A stretch of DNA of 63,091 bases, filler included. It is 7 parts of 7 records of this genome, joined end to end, with 100 filler letters (N's around TTAATTAATTAA, not from the genome) between each part and the next. Parts side by side here need not be neighbours in the genome. Positions count along the whole stretch, not along the records: positions 34,109 to 50,074 come from DRR723986_7460; 6 more parts are not named here. One strand, written 5' to 3'. How positions within the stretch are numbered: the stretch's first letter is position 1; each line of letters begins with the position of its first letter. The notes beneath the pieces are model-generated. The model had not been told where the DNA came from and did no database searches. It saw nothing but the letters and a program-made list of their open reading frames with translations. Below, piece after piece: positions 39,023 to 49,770 of this stretch. The position numbers and the translations under genes are program-made.

Positions 39023-39511
39023 TTAGGCTTTTTCTTCTTTTGCTTCTTCTGCAGGAGCCTCTTCAGCAGCGGCTTCCTCGGCAGGCGCTTCAGCGGCAGC
39101 TTTGGCAGCTTCAGCAGCTTCTTTTGCCGCTTCTTTTTCTGCTTCCTTAGCCGCAGCAGCAGCTTCTTTAGCAGCTTCAGCTTTTTCTTTTTTCTCTTCG
39201 ATCAGCTCAAGAGCCTTCTTGCCCGGCTTTGCTTTGTTCGGGTTGTCACGCTTTTTGGCCTTAAGCACACCTTCAGCTTCGAGGAAACGGCTTACGCGGT
39301 CAGAAGGCTTCGCGCCTTGGCCCATCCAATGCTTGATGCGATCAAGATCCATAGTCACACGGTTTTCGTCGTCTTTCGCAAGCATTGGGTTATAGGTGCC
39401 TACTTTTTCAATGTAACGACCATCACGCGGCATGCGGCTGTCAGCCACAACAATGCGGTAATAAGGACGTTTTTTTGCGCCGCCACGGGCCATACGAAGT
39501 GCTAGTGCCAT
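39023..39511 (-). CDS. rpsP: 30S ribosomal protein S16 with Ala/Glu/Lys tail
   Basis: [28 protein letters not shown]. Confidence 0.97.
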   Translation of the reverse strand: MALALRMARGGAKKRPYYRIVVADSRMPRDGRYIEKVGTYNPMLAKDDENRVTMDLDRIKHWMGQGAKPSDRVSRFLEAEGVLKAKKRDNPNKAKPGKKALELIEEKKEKAEAAKEAAAAAKEAEKEAAKEAAEAAKAAAEAPAEEAAAEEAPAEEAKEEKA

Positions 39512-39632
39512 TTTTAGTTCCTTTCAGAGTCCCGCTACGGGGAATATTCTCAAGTGTGTTATAATTAAAGTTCAGTCATCTCATAAATCTCAGGGCATCA
39601 GCCCATCGACATTCGGTTTAAAACCTTCCCGA

Positions 39633-41039
39633 TCAGGAAAGCAATTTGTCAAAGCCCGGCGGCAGGCCGCCGCCCGGCATACCGCCCATGCCGCCCGGGC
39701 CACCCATACCAGGCAAATTCGGCATTTTACCGCCCTTACCCATTTTGGACATTTTCTTCATCATTTTTGCCATCTGCATGTGCATTTTCAGCAGCTTGTT
39801 CACTTCCTGAACGCTTGTGCCCGAACCCGCAGCAACTCGTTTCTTGCGCGACGCATTCAACAGCTGCGGTTTTTGCCGCTCTTGCGGGGTCATCGAAGAA
39901 ATGATGGCTTCCTGGTGTTTGAAAACTTTGTCATCAACACCGGTTTGGTTCATCGCGCCTTTTAGCTTGCCCATCCCCGGCAACATGCCAAGAACGCCCT
40001 TCAGACCGCCCATTTTCGACATCTGCTGCAACTGCGCGCGCAGGTCATCAAGGTCAAACGTGCCTTTGGCCATTTTCTTGGCTATTTTTTCAGCATCTTC
40101 TTTCTCGATGGTCTCAGATGCTTTTTCAACCAAGCTGACCACGTCACCCATGCCGAGAATACGGCTGGCAACGCGCTCAGGGTGGAAATCTTCTAGTGCT
40201 TCCATCTTCTCACCGGTACCGGCAAGCTTAATGGGTTTACCAGTTACAGATCGCATGGAAAGCGCCGCACCGCCGCGACCGTCACCGTCCATACGGGTGA
40301 GAACAACGCCGGTAATGCCAACTTGGGCATCAAATTCCTTGGCCACGTTAACCGCATCTTGCCCGGTTAAGCTGTCGGCAACCAACAGGGTTTCAACTGG
40401 CGCGGATATATCGCGCACCGCTGTTACCTCGGCCATCAGACTTTGGTCCACATGCAAGCGACCCGCTGTATCCAGAATCAACACATCAAAGCCCTGCAGC
40501 TTCGCGGCGTTCATCGCGCGTTTTGTAATGTCTGTTGGCAGCTGACCTTCAATGATCGGCAGGGTTTTAACGCCGATCTGTTCCCCCAGTATTTTCAACT
40601 GTTCCTGTGCAGCTGGACGGCGCACATCCAGCGACGCCATCATAACTTTCTTATTGTCTTTCTCAGCAAGACGCTTAGCGATTTTAGCACTGGATGTGGT
40701 TTTACCAGACCCTTGCAAACCAACCATGAGGAACACAACAGGCGGCACGCCGTGCACGTTCAAACCCGAAGATTCTGAGCCCAGCATTGCTGTCATTTCA
40801 TCGTTAACGATTTTGACAACTTGCTGACCGGGCGTAACCGACTTTAGAACTTCTTGACCAACGGCCTTTTTCTTAACAGCGGCGACAAACTCTTTAACCA
40901 CCGGTAAGGCAACATCTGCTTCGAGCAGCGCAATACGCACTTCGCGCATGGCCTCAGTAACATCTGATTCCTTCAGCGCACCCCTGCGCTTTAGGCCATC
41001 AAATATTCCACCGAGCCGATCTGAAAGATTGTCAAACAT
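39633..41039 (-). CDS. ffh: Signal recognition particle protein
   Basis: GLQGSGKTT, DTAGR, DGDGRGG, RILGMGD, Met-rich M domain. Confidence 0.97.
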   Translation of the reverse strand: MFDNLSDRLGGIFDGLKRRGALKESDVTEAMREVRIALLEADVALPVVKEFVAAVKKKAVGQEVLKSVTPGQQVVKIVNDEMTAMLGSESSGLNVHGVPPVVFLMVGLQGSGKTTSSAKIAKRLAEKDNKKVMMASLDVRRPAAQEQLKILGEQIGVKTLPIIEGQLPTDITKRAMNAAKLQGFDVLILDTAGRLHVDQSLMAEVTAVRDISAPVETLLVADSLTGQDAVNVAKEFDAQVGITGVVLTRMDGDGRGGAALSMRSVTGKPIKLAGTGEKMEALEDFHPERVASRILGMGDVVSLVEKASETIEKEDAEKIAKKMAKGTFDLDDLRAQLQQMSKMGGLKGVLGMLPGMGKLKGAMNQTGVDDKVFKHQEAIISSMTPQERQKPQLLNASRKKRVAAGSGTSVQEVNKLLKMHMQMAKMMKKMSKMGKGGKMPNLPGMGGPGGMGGMPGGGLPPGFDKLLS

Positions 41040-41095
41040 CTGGTCTTATTTCCTTTATACTTCCGAAATGCCACAACAAAAACAAAGCATTATAA

Positions 41096-41155
41096 CACCA
41101 GTGGGCGAAACTCGCTAACTGGTGGTCACCCCGCCTGCGGCGTTTTGGGTGGGTC
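41096..41155 (-). ncRNA. Putative alphaproteobacterial ffh 5'-leader RNA motif
   Basis: Stem CACCAGT/ACTGGTG (41096-41124) with inner GCGA/TCGC hairpin, then a second GC hairpin, just upstream of ffh. Confidence 0.5.
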
Positions 41156-41269
41156 GTTCTATTTGGTTTCCTATCGGAAAGTGGTGATCGTTTAATAAAT
41201 GCCGGGCCCCGTGTCAAGTAAGGTGTCAAGAAAAACACACTATGAATTAGGACAACCGGGCGTTTGGGC

Positions 41270-43153
41270 CTAATGACCAGCGGCGTTCAAAAGCCCATCA
41301 ACTGCTTTTTTCAACGCAGTAGTATCAATGGGTTTGCCAACAATAGCATCAATGCCTAAAGCGCGGTATTCAGCTTCAACATCGCTGCCAGTATTGGCGG
41401 TTAAGGCAATGATTGGTGTACAGGCTTTCTCAGGGGCAAGCGCTTTAATTGCCTCGGCCGCTGCCATACCGTCCATTACCGGCATGCGGATATCCATTAA
41501 GATAAGGTCAAATGCGGTTTGTTCTTCAACACGCTTGACCGCCTCGGCGCCATTACCAACAACGGTTAAATGCCAATTAAACTTTTTGGCTATTTTCTTA
41601 ATCAAGAGTTGGTTCACCACATTATCTTCGGCCAACAATATATTTCGCTTTGGTTCGGCGGCAGCGTTAGGCGTTACAGATACATCCGGCGCGTCACTAT
41701 CAGATGCAGGGCTATCGGGTGTGTCCAGCGTGTCAGATTTCTTGGCATCTGCTTGGCGCGCAACTGGCAAGTCTACGTCAAAGCTGAATGTCGCGCCCTC
41801 GCCGACCTCACTTCGCACCGATACTTCACCGCCCATATGCGCCGCAAGCCCCTGACTGATCGACAAACCCAAACCTGCGCCCTGAGCATTGCTGGTTGCG
41901 GTGGCATCCAATTGTTCAAATCGCGCAAACAACCTTTTTTGGTCGTCCGGGGCAATGCCGGGGCCATTGTCTTGAACACTAATATGCAATGTCGCATGTT
42001 TATGGTCATTGGGCTTTGGTGTTACTTTTAATGCGAGAACAATTTCACCTTCCGGAGAAAATTTAATCGCATTGTCTAAAAGATTAAGCACAATCTGCCC
42101 AACCCTGACCGGGTCTCCGGTTAACGATGTTCTTACAGATTTCACCCCGATAACCGTGAGCTTAAGCTCTTTACTTTCTGCCTTGCTGCGCAACAAACCG
42201 GCGATGTTCGCGATTACTGCAGACGGAGAAAAAGCTTGCTCAAGCAGTTCCAGCTTACCGGCATCCAGTTTAGCAATATCTAAAAGGTCATTCACAACCA
42301 CCAATAAAGTTTTAGCGCTAAACTGCGCAGCATCCACCGCCTGGCGTTGGTCAGCATCTAATTTTGTTTCCGCCAAAAAGTCCATCATGCCCAGAACACC
42401 CGTTAGCGGCGTGCGTAGTTCGTGCGTGGTGTTGGCAAGGAAAACATCTTTTGCAGCATTGGCTTTGTCGGCAGCATCGGCCGCCGCCCGGACTTCGCTA
42501 ATATTTTCCTGAATGCGTCTTGAGGCTTCAACCAATTTTGCCGCCTTTACCCGGTTGGAAATTAACAGCCTTTCAGCGCTATAGAGCGTGCGATACCTCA
42601 ATACAAAACACAGAATGGTCAGAGCTGACGCAGCCACATACATGAATGCAAAGTGAACTGTATAAGGCCCTATAACTGCCCATAAGGCGATGGCAAACAT
42701 GCCGGTGCATACGATGAATATTCCGGTAAAAACAGCCGGTGACAGCGTGGCAAATGCCAAGGCAAACATAACCAAAACGCCGTTGGTAATTTGAATATGT
42801 TCGCCAGAAAAGAAAATATGAGAATATACCGCTGCAACTGCTAGTAAGCCCACAGGCGTGAAAAATATATCGCTTTTATTCGGTGGAATTTTTTGCGACC
42901 GGATTAACCAAAAAACTGCCCCGCTCGCTAATGCGGCAGCGATGCTAAACGGCATTATCAACAGCTTGATGTCATCACCCAGCACAAAAAAGTGCGACAC
43001 ACTGATAAAGAAATAATAAATAAACATAACCTGCATGATGCGCTTAAGCTGTCGCAGGTAACTGGTATCAAGGCCGTGCTGAACCCTTAGCTCAATATCA
43101 TTGCCACTGCCTTCCAAATCATCTTCGTTTGCTATATTTGTCTCGTCAATCAA
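41270..43153 (-). CDS. Hybrid sensor histidine kinase/response regulator, multi-TM
   Basis: THELRTPL, NLLDNAIKF, DNGPG, GAGLGL; REC domain LMDIRMP. Confidence 0.92.
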   Translation of the reverse strand: MIDETNIANEDDLEGSGNDIELRVQHGLDTSYLRQLKRIMQVMFIYYFFISVSHFFVLGDDIKLLIMPFSIAAALASGAVFWLIRSQKIPPNKSDIFFTPVGLLAVAAVYSHIFFSGEHIQITNGVLVMFALAFATLSPAVFTGIFIVCTGMFAIALWAVIGPYTVHFAFMYVAASALTILCFVLRYRTLYSAERLLISNRVKAAKLVEASRRIQENISEVRAAADAADKANAAKDVFLANTTHELRTPLTGVLGMMDFLAETKLDADQRQAVDAAQFSAKTLLVVVNDLLDIAKLDAGKLELLEQAFSPSAVIANIAGLLRSKAESKELKLTVIGVKSVRTSLTGDPVRVGQIVLNLLDNAIKFSPEGEIVLALKVTPKPNDHKHATLHISVQDNGPGIAPDDQKRLFARFEQLDATATSNAQGAGLGLSISQGLAAHMGGEVSVRSEVGEGATFSFDVDLPVARQADAKKSDTLDTPDSPASDSDAPDVSVTPNAAAEPKRNILLAEDNVVNQLLIKKIAKKFNWHLTVVGNGAEAVKRVEEQTAFDLILMDIRMPVMDGMAAAEAIKALAPEKACTPIIALTANTGSDVEAEYRALGIDAIVGKPIDTTALKKAVDGLLNAAGH

Positions 43154-43158
43154 CGCAA

Positions 43159-44964
43159 TTATTCCGATACATGTGTGGCAATGGTTTGATAAAATTCATC
43201 CAGTTTTATCGGCTTCGCAATTGAAGCCGTAATGCCTGCCAGCAAATAACGCTCCACATCATCTGGCATACAATTGGCGGTCAGAGCGATAATAGGTGTT
43301 TCTTTATTTGGTCCATCAGCGGCGCGAATTTTCTGCGCTGCTTCCTCACCGTTCATCACTGGCATTTGAATGTCCATCAAAATCACATCAAATGCGGTGT
43401 CTTGAGCTTTTTCCAGCGCTTGTTTTCCGTCAACAACAAACACCGGTGTCCAGTGTTCACTGTCGGTTAGCTTGCGTATCAACATCTGATTGATCGGATT
43501 ATCTTCCGCCACCAAAATTTTCATCGGCTTTTCAAGAATATTGTCCGCCGACACATGCCCCCGTTTGGGTCGGCTGGCCTCTTTGACACGCGGCGCGCCC
43601 TTCTCCAGCTTCAGGTCAAACCAGAACTTCGACCCGCGGCCATAGCGGCTTTCCACTTTGATTTCTGAGTCCATCAATTCCAAAAGCTCAAGACAAATAG
43701 ACAAGCCAAGCCCTGTGCCTGCATGACGCCTTGTTGAGGAGCTGTCGGCTTGTTCAAACCGCCCGAATAGGCGTATGATATCGTCTTCAGCAATACCTAT
43801 GCCGGTGTCTTCGATAGACAAACGCATGGTAACATACTGATCAGACTCAGACAAAATGTCCGCCGACAACACCACTTGGCCTTTTTCGGTGAACTTCACT
43901 GCATTGCCGAGAATATTGAACAAAATTTGCCGTAGGCGAGACTGGTCCCCGATAACTCTTGGTATGTCATTCTCTGGCAATTTAAGTGCCAGCCCCACGC
44001 CTTTGTTTTTAGCACCCACCGCCATCATTTCAGATACTTCAGACAGTAATCTTGCCATTTCAAAAGGGGCGTTAACCAGCTTGAGCTTGCCTGCGCCTAA
44101 TTTAGACAGGTCTAATATGTCATTAATCACCACGCGCAGCGTTTCAGCACTGGTTTTTGCTGTATTCAAATAATGTCGGTCTTCTGAGCGCAGCGGCGCT
44201 TTATCAAGCAAGTCTACCATGCCCATCAGGCCTGTAAGCGGGGTGCGCAATTCATGGCTCATATTGGCAATAAAACTATCTTTCGCTTTGGCCAGCTGCG
44301 TCAGTTTTTCAGCGCGCTCTTGGTTTTGTATGTTTAACCGCGCTTGCTCTCGTATCGAGTTGTATCGGACTACAAAACCACCGTATGACACCATCATGGC
44401 ACCAATAGCCACACCAATCAGTGGTGAGCTCTCAGCTCCTAAAACACTATAGGCAACAGCAATGTGCGAGATTGTTGCAAAGCCGGTAAGCAGCCAAAAA
44501 ACCCACGGCAACATAGACACCACGCTAAAGGCCATGATTAACAACAAACCGCGCGCCAATATGTTAGCATCACCCGTTAAAACAACGTGGCAATATACAT
44601 TCACAACCATTGCAATAGAAATCGGGATCGGTGCTAAATAGATATTACTAGCATCAATTTTGCCACGCTTTTCCTGAACAAAGGTTATCAAAAGCAGCAC
44701 AACTACCGATGCATTGGACGTATGAAGCATCCAGGCAATGTCTTCTGGCGCTCCTAAAATATCACGAGTAATAACAAGCAGATAGTATGCGAAGGTCAGT
44801 GCCCAAAGAATGAAAAACTGACGGTAATACAGCTCCCCTACAATAGCCCGAACTTTAACTTTATTCGCAGGAATGGATTCATCCAGCTGATAAGCCGCAT
44901 CCTCAGGATACGGTCTCTTGTCCGGTGATGTCGCAGTTTCTGTCATTCGTTTCTCTAGGCCCAA
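43159..44964 (-). CDS. Hybrid sensor histidine kinase/response regulator, multi-TM
   Basis: SHELRTPL, NILGNAVKF, DTGIG, GTGLGL; REC domain LMDIQMP; start may be slightly downstream. Confidence 0.92.
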   Translation of the reverse strand: MGLEKRMTETATSPDKRPYPEDAAYQLDESIPANKVKVRAIVGELYYRQFFILWALTFAYYLLVITRDILGAPEDIAWMLHTSNASVVVLLLITFVQEKRGKIDASNIYLAPIPISIAMVVNVYCHVVLTGDANILARGLLLIMAFSVVSMLPWVFWLLTGFATISHIAVAYSVLGAESSPLIGVAIGAMMVSYGGFVVRYNSIREQARLNIQNQERAEKLTQLAKAKDSFIANMSHELRTPLTGLMGMVDLLDKAPLRSEDRHYLNTAKTSAETLRVVINDILDLSKLGAGKLKLVNAPFEMARLLSEVSEMMAVGAKNKGVGLALKLPENDIPRVIGDQSRLRQILFNILGNAVKFTEKGQVVLSADILSESDQYVTMRLSIEDTGIGIAEDDIIRLFGRFEQADSSSTRRHAGTGLGLSICLELLELMDSEIKVESRYGRGSKFWFDLKLEKGAPRVKEASRPKRGHVSADNILEKPMKILVAEDNPINQMLIRKLTDSEHWTPVFVVDGKQALEKAQDTAFDVILMDIQMPVMNGEEAAQKIRAADGPNKETPIIALTANCMPDDVERYLLAGITASIAKPIKLDEFYQTIATHVSE

Positions 44965-45088
44965 TTTTTAACACATCGGTTTACAGTAATGTCATTAACG
45001 GATATCCACAACAATTACGCATAGCTTAGATAATACTATTACCCACGGGCGATTGTTTGCAGCCTTAAGTTAGGGAGCGCTTCTTATT

Positions 45089-46549
45089 ATGTCTCAAAAT
45101 AGCACAGTGCAAAGCCGCCCGCGCGCCCGATACCAAGACATTGGCCTCATGTTAGGGCCAATTGTTTTTATCATATTATTCTTTTCGCCTAAACCAGACG
45201 CTATCAGTCTGGATGCTTGGCATGTGGTCGCCATCGCGTCCCTAATGGCAGTTTGGTGGGCAACTGAGGCTATCCCTGTGCCAGCAACAAGCATGGTCCC
45301 ACTGGTGTTACTGCCAATGATGGGAGTTTCGAGCGCACGAGAAGCCTCCAACCCTTACACCGATCCGGTCATTTTCCTGCTGCTCGGTGGTTTTATCGCG
45401 GCAATGGCCATGCAGCGATGGGGCCTTCATCGCCGTATTGCCCTCAATATTCTGGCGCGGGCCGGGGGCCATCCGGCTGCACTAATCGGTGGCTTCATGA
45501 TCGCCAGCGCACTGCTGTCCATGTGGATTTCCAATACAGCTACCACGCTGATGATGGTACCCATCGCCCTCAGTGTCGCGGAAACGGTACTCGGCGACAA
45601 AGTGTTTGAGCACCGCTTCACCATTGCATTACTTTTAGGGTGTGCCTGGGCATCTTCCATTGGCGGTCTTGGCACCATTATTGGCACGCCGCCCAATGCC
45701 TTTGTGGTTGCTTTCATGGAACAAGAGACAGGTACTGCTATTAGTTTTCTCGATTGGATGCTGTTCGGCGTACCGGTGGTTTGTGTAATGGTCCCTGCGG
45801 CCTGGGTTGTTCTGACGAAAATCGTCTTCCCACTGAAAGCTGATGAAGCCAAGGGCGGTGATGCGGTGATAAAAGACCAAATCAGCGCACTACCCAAAAT
45901 AAGCCCGGCAGAAATACGCGTGTCTCTTGTTTTCGGTGCAATGGCAATTTCCTGGATATCTGTTGAAACTGTCAAAAAACTGGATGGCTTTGAAGGCTTC
46001 AGCAATATGGTGGTGGCCGTCGCGGGTGCACTGGCCATGTTCCTCATCCCTGCAAAAACGGAAAAGCGTGACCGGCTTCTGGACTGGGAATCGGCCGTTA
46101 AATTGCCTTGGGGTGTTATTCTTTTGTTTGGTGGTGGCCTGAGTTTAGCGGCAGCGATCAAGAAAACCGGCCTGGCCATCTGGATCGGCGAAAGTATGTC
46201 TGCGCTAGCCACAGCGCCGCTGGTGTTATTGATTTTGGCCATCGTCGGTCTGGTTATTTTCCTAACCGAACTTACCAGCAACACCGCAACAACCGCTGCA
46301 CTTGTACCGGTTTTGGCGGCAGTCGCTGCTGTGGGCAACATTGACCCCTTGATGCTGGCAGCACCAACCGCAATGGCCGCTAGCTGCGCCTTTATGCTGC
46401 CCGTGGCCACAGCACCCAACGCGGTTATCTATTCCAGCGGGCATGTCTCCATTCCTACAATGGCGCGGGCCGGCCTTTGGCTGAATGTGATCGGCACCTT
46501 CTTGGTTACCGGGGTTTGTTATGCTTTGTTGCCGCTTATTTTTGGGTAA
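45089..46549 (+). CDS. DASS/SLC13 Na+:anion symporter
   Basis: SMWISNTAT, IGTPPN, TELTSNTAT, LPVATAPNA. Confidence 0.92.
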   Translation: MSQNSTVQSRPRARYQDIGLMLGPIVFIILFFSPKPDAISLDAWHVVAIASLMAVWWATEAIPVPATSMVPLVLLPMMGVSSAREASNPYTDPVIFLLLGGFIAAMAMQRWGLHRRIALNILARAGGHPAALIGGFMIASALLSMWISNTATTLMMVPIALSVAETVLGDKVFEHRFTIALLLGCAWASSIGGLGTIIGTPPNAFVVAFMEQETGTAISFLDWMLFGVPVVCVMVPAAWVVLTKIVFPLKADEAKGGDAVIKDQISALPKISPAEIRVSLVFGAMAISWISVETVKKLDGFEGFSNMVVAVAGALAMFLIPAKTEKRDRLLDWESAVKLPWGVILLFGGGLSLAAAIKKTGLAIWIGESMSALATAPLVLLILAIVGLVIFLTELTSNTATTAALVPVLAAVAAVGNIDPLMLAAPTAMAASCAFMLPVATAPNAVIYSSGHVSIPTMARAGLWLNVIGTFLVTGVCYALLPLIFG

Positions 46550-46552
46550 ATT

Positions 46553-47512
46553 TTAAGACCATACGACCGCGTCGCCGTGCACCATGTCTAACGCCAAAAA
46601 CTGTTCGTTTTCGGCGCGGTAGCTTTCAATGAAAGCAGCGCGTTCAGCCTTATCAAAACCAAATTTACTCGGCGTTGCATAACAATCCGCAAAACGCTGA
46701 TACTGCGCGGCGGTAACATGCTGCTTTATTGCACCTAGTGCGTCTCCGCCCTCATCAGCGTTCATCTGGCCGTACCACTCAGCTTCCCGCCACTGGATAT
46801 CCGATTGGTTCATGGCAAGCATACATTTAAGCTCTACGGATGTGCGCCGAATGTTACCTGTGAGCCGCGGCTGCGATAATTCAAGCGCATTGTCACCAAT
46901 CAGAAAGCCCAGCGCCTGCGCCGCTGCCGTTGATTTGGGCCACGCTTCCAACAAGGCAAAGGCGGGCTTTATTGAGGGTGGCACATTACCAAACGTGGCT
47001 GCCAAGTTCAGCCATGAAAGTCTTGTGCCTGTGGCGGCCTTCACAAAATCATCAAAGCTTGCCGTTAAACCGCGTGACACGCGAAAGGCGTATACGGATT
47101 CCAGATAATGGTCTTGCCTGCGCACCACCACACGCGGCGCAATAGTCAATGGCTCGCGTGCTAATTCGGTCAGTTTCACCAACGATTGAACCAAACGGGG
47201 GAAATGTGGGTAAAAGCTGTTGCTACGCACGCCGGGCATGGTGCCCATAATGTTTTCTTCGCTCACCACCACAGTTTGCTGCGGCACGGCCTCAAGCGAA
47301 TGCGCCGTTTTCTTTAGCTTTGTGCGCCACAAAGGGTTGGCCCTGCTATAACGGTGCAGGCGTCGCAAATCGAAACCGCCAGCAACCATATCCGCACGCA
47401 GAAAAACACCCACCCCGGCGTCCTTGAGGGCTTTGTGCTCACGGCGTAAGAGAGACTGAATAGCCGTTGATCCACAACGGTGCACGCCCAGATGAAGCAC
47501 AAGTTTTTTCAT
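46553..47512 (-). CDS. Hypothetical sulfotransferase-like protein
   Basis: LHLGVHRCGSTAIQ (PAPS-loop-like), VVSEENI, RRQDHYLESVY. Confidence 0.6.
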   Translation of the reverse strand: MKKLVLHLGVHRCGSTAIQSLLRREHKALKDAGVGVFLRADMVAGGFDLRRLHRYSRANPLWRTKLKKTAHSLEAVPQQTVVVSEENIMGTMPGVRSNSFYPHFPRLVQSLVKLTELAREPLTIAPRVVVRRQDHYLESVYAFRVSRGLTASFDDFVKAATGTRLSWLNLAATFGNVPPSIKPAFALLEAWPKSTAAAQALGFLIGDNALELSQPRLTGNIRRTSVELKCMLAMNQSDIQWREAEWYGQMNADEGGDALGAIKQHVTAAQYQRFADCYATPSKFGFDKAERAAFIESYRAENEQFLALDMVHGDAVVWS

Positions 47513-47641
47513 TTGCCCGCCTGAAACTGATTTTCAATTGCCAAATAAGCTTGCCCAAAAACCACATTTGGACCCTAAAAAGCAATGGTCGACCCGCCAA
47601 AAAGATAGACTCCACGCCATAACTGCCCATATAAGCGCGAC

Positions 47642-48463
47642 ATGACTGCAGAAACCACCATACAGCCGTTCATAAAAATGCACGGGCTAGGCAACGACTT
47701 CGTCATTCTGGATGCTCGGAAAAGCAATCTGGAGATGACCCCTGCGCATGCAGCAAAGCTGGCAAACCGCCAGCGCGGTATCGGCTGTGACCAATTGATC
47801 GTTATGCGCAGCTCAGATACCAGCGATGTTTTCATGGAAATTTGGAACGCAGACGGCAGCCGGGTTGGCGCTTGTGGCAACGCCACCCGCTGTGTCGGGC
47901 GCCTATTGTTAGATGAAACCGGGAGTAGCTCGGTTAGCATTCAAACCGATGCGGGCGACCTAAGCGCTGTTGCCGCTGGTAGCGACATCTCTGTTAATAT
48001 GGGTTTCGCTAAAACTGATTGGCACGATATCCCCTTGGCCCGTGAGGTCGATACAGCCGCAGCGGATTACACAAAAGGCCCTTTGTCGACACCTGGCTGC
48101 GTGAACATGGGCAACCCGCACGCGGTGTTTTTTGTTGAGGATGCAGAGGCTGTTGATCTTACGCACTGGGGCAGCGAGATTGAGGCAGACCCCTTGTTCC
48201 CTGAGCGCGTGAATGTCTCTGTAGTCAGTATTACCAATGGCATTATTCGCCAGCGGGTGTGGGAGCGCGGCGCGGGCATTACCGAAGCCTGCGGGTCTGC
48301 GGCATGCGCGTCTGTTGTCGCCGCAACGCGGCGCGGGCTGGTTGACCGCAAAGCAACCGTTCGGCTGGACGGCGGCGACCTGCAAGTTGAATGGCTCGCG
48401 GACGGCAGCTTGCAAATGACCGGCCCCACCACATTCGTTTTCTCCGGTGAGGTGGCGCTGTGA
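47642..48463 (+). CDS. dapF: Diaminopimelate epimerase
   Basis: KMHGLGNDF, ACGNATRC, MGNPH, WERGAGITEACGS. Confidence 0.96.
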   Translation: MTAETTIQPFIKMHGLGNDFVILDARKSNLEMTPAHAAKLANRQRGIGCDQLIVMRSSDTSDVFMEIWNADGSRVGACGNATRCVGRLLLDETGSSSVSIQTDAGDLSAVAAGSDISVNMGFAKTDWHDIPLAREVDTAAADYTKGPLSTPGCVNMGNPHAVFFVEDAEAVDLTHWGSEIEADPLFPERVNVSVVSITNGIIRQRVWERGAGITEACGSAACASVVAATRRGLVDRKATVRLDGGDLQVEWLADGSLQMTGPTTFVFSGEVAL

Positions 48464-49761
48464 ACCGGAAACCAGAAGTCATCACCTATGGCTGCCGCCT
48501 AAACGCCTACGAAAGCGAAGTAATGCGCCGCCACGCGGAGGACGCAGGGCTGGGCAATATCACCATTTTCAACACCTGCGCTGTGACAGCCGAGGCGACC
48601 CGTCAAGCGCGGCAGGGCATTCGCCGCATGAAGCGCGAGCAGCCCGAAACCCAAATTGTGGTCACCGGCTGCGCAGCGCAAATTGACCCCGCACAATTCT
48701 CGAATATGCCGGAAGTGACAAGCGTGATCGGCAACGCTGAAAAGCTGGACGCCAAATCCTTTGAAGGCCTGAACCTCACCCACGCAGAGCGCGTGCAGGT
48801 GAACGATATTTTCTCGGTCACAGAAACCGCCGGGCATTTGATCGATGGCTTCGGTGAGCGCTCGCGCGCCTTCGTGCAAATTCAGAACGGTTGCAATCAC
48901 CGCTGTACCTTCTGCATCATCCCCTACGGTCGTGGCAACAGCCGCTCAACCGGGGTCGGCGAAGTGGTGCAGCAGATCAAAAACCTGGTGCAACAGGGGT
49001 ATAATGAGGTTGTACTAACCGGCGTGGACATTACCAGTTACGGCGAGGACTTACCGGGCACACCAACGCTGGGTGTCTTAGTACAAAAAATTCTGGCTTT
49101 GGTGCCGGACCTGCCGCGCCTGCGCATTTCGTCCATTGACAGCATCGAGGTGGACGAACCACTGATGGACGCTATCATCGGCAACACACGCCTGATGCCG
49201 CATCTGCACCTAAGCTTGCAGGCTGGGGATAATATGATCCTGAAGCGCATGAAACGCCGCCACTTGCGCGAACAAGCCATCGACTTTTGCAGGACAGTAT
49301 CCAAGGCCCGGCCAGACATGGTTTATGGTGCCGATATTATCGCTGGCTTCCCGACCGAAACTGATGCCATGTTCGAAAACAGCCTGAAGATGGTCGAGGA
49401 ATGCGACCTGACGTGGCTGCATGTATTCCCCTACTCCGAGCGCGAAGGCACGCCCGCCGCCAAAATGCCAGGCGTACCAAAGGCGGTTCGCAAAGAACGC
49501 GCAGCTGCACTTCGGGCACTGGGCGAGCAGCAAGTTGTTAAACTGATGCAAGCCTCCATCGGCAAAACCGCTAATGTGCTGGTTGAACGCGCTACTGATG
49601 ACTGCTTGCTCACCGGTCACAGCGAACAGTTCATTCCGGTAGCCATAAAGGCTAACGGAAATGCAGGCAAGCTGGTAGGCTCTGTTGTGCCCGCAACCCT
49701 GACCGGCATCGACGGCGCCGCAATGACCGGCACACTTGATAACACCACACTCAGCAACTAG
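48460..49761 (+). CDS. mtaB: tRNA t6A methylthiotransferase
   Basis: GCRLN, NTCAVT, TGC, radical-SAM motif CNHRCTFC; dapF-mtaB-ftsY synteny. Confidence 0.92.
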   Translation: MNRKPEVITYGCRLNAYESEVMRRHAEDAGLGNITIFNTCAVTAEATRQARQGIRRMKREQPETQIVVTGCAAQIDPAQFSNMPEVTSVIGNAEKLDAKSFEGLNLTHAERVQVNDIFSVTETAGHLIDGFGERSRAFVQIQNGCNHRCTFCIIPYGRGNSRSTGVGEVVQQIKNLVQQGYNEVVLTGVDITSYGEDLPGTPTLGVLVQKILALVPDLPRLRISSIDSIEVDEPLMDAIIGNTRLMPHLHLSLQAGDNMILKRMKRRHLREQAIDFCRTVSKARPDMVYGADIIAGFPTETDAMFENSLKMVEECDLTWLHVFPYSEREGTPAAKMPGVPKAVRKERAAALRALGEQQVVKLMQASIGKTANVLVERATDDCLLTGHSEQFIPVAIKANGNAGKLVGSVVPATLTGIDGAAMTGTLDNTTLSN

Positions 49762-49770
49762 GTAACTTCT

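Noticed and set aside
39023-39200. Ala/Glu/Lys low-complexity tail of S16
   Set aside because: Common in alphaproteobacterial S16
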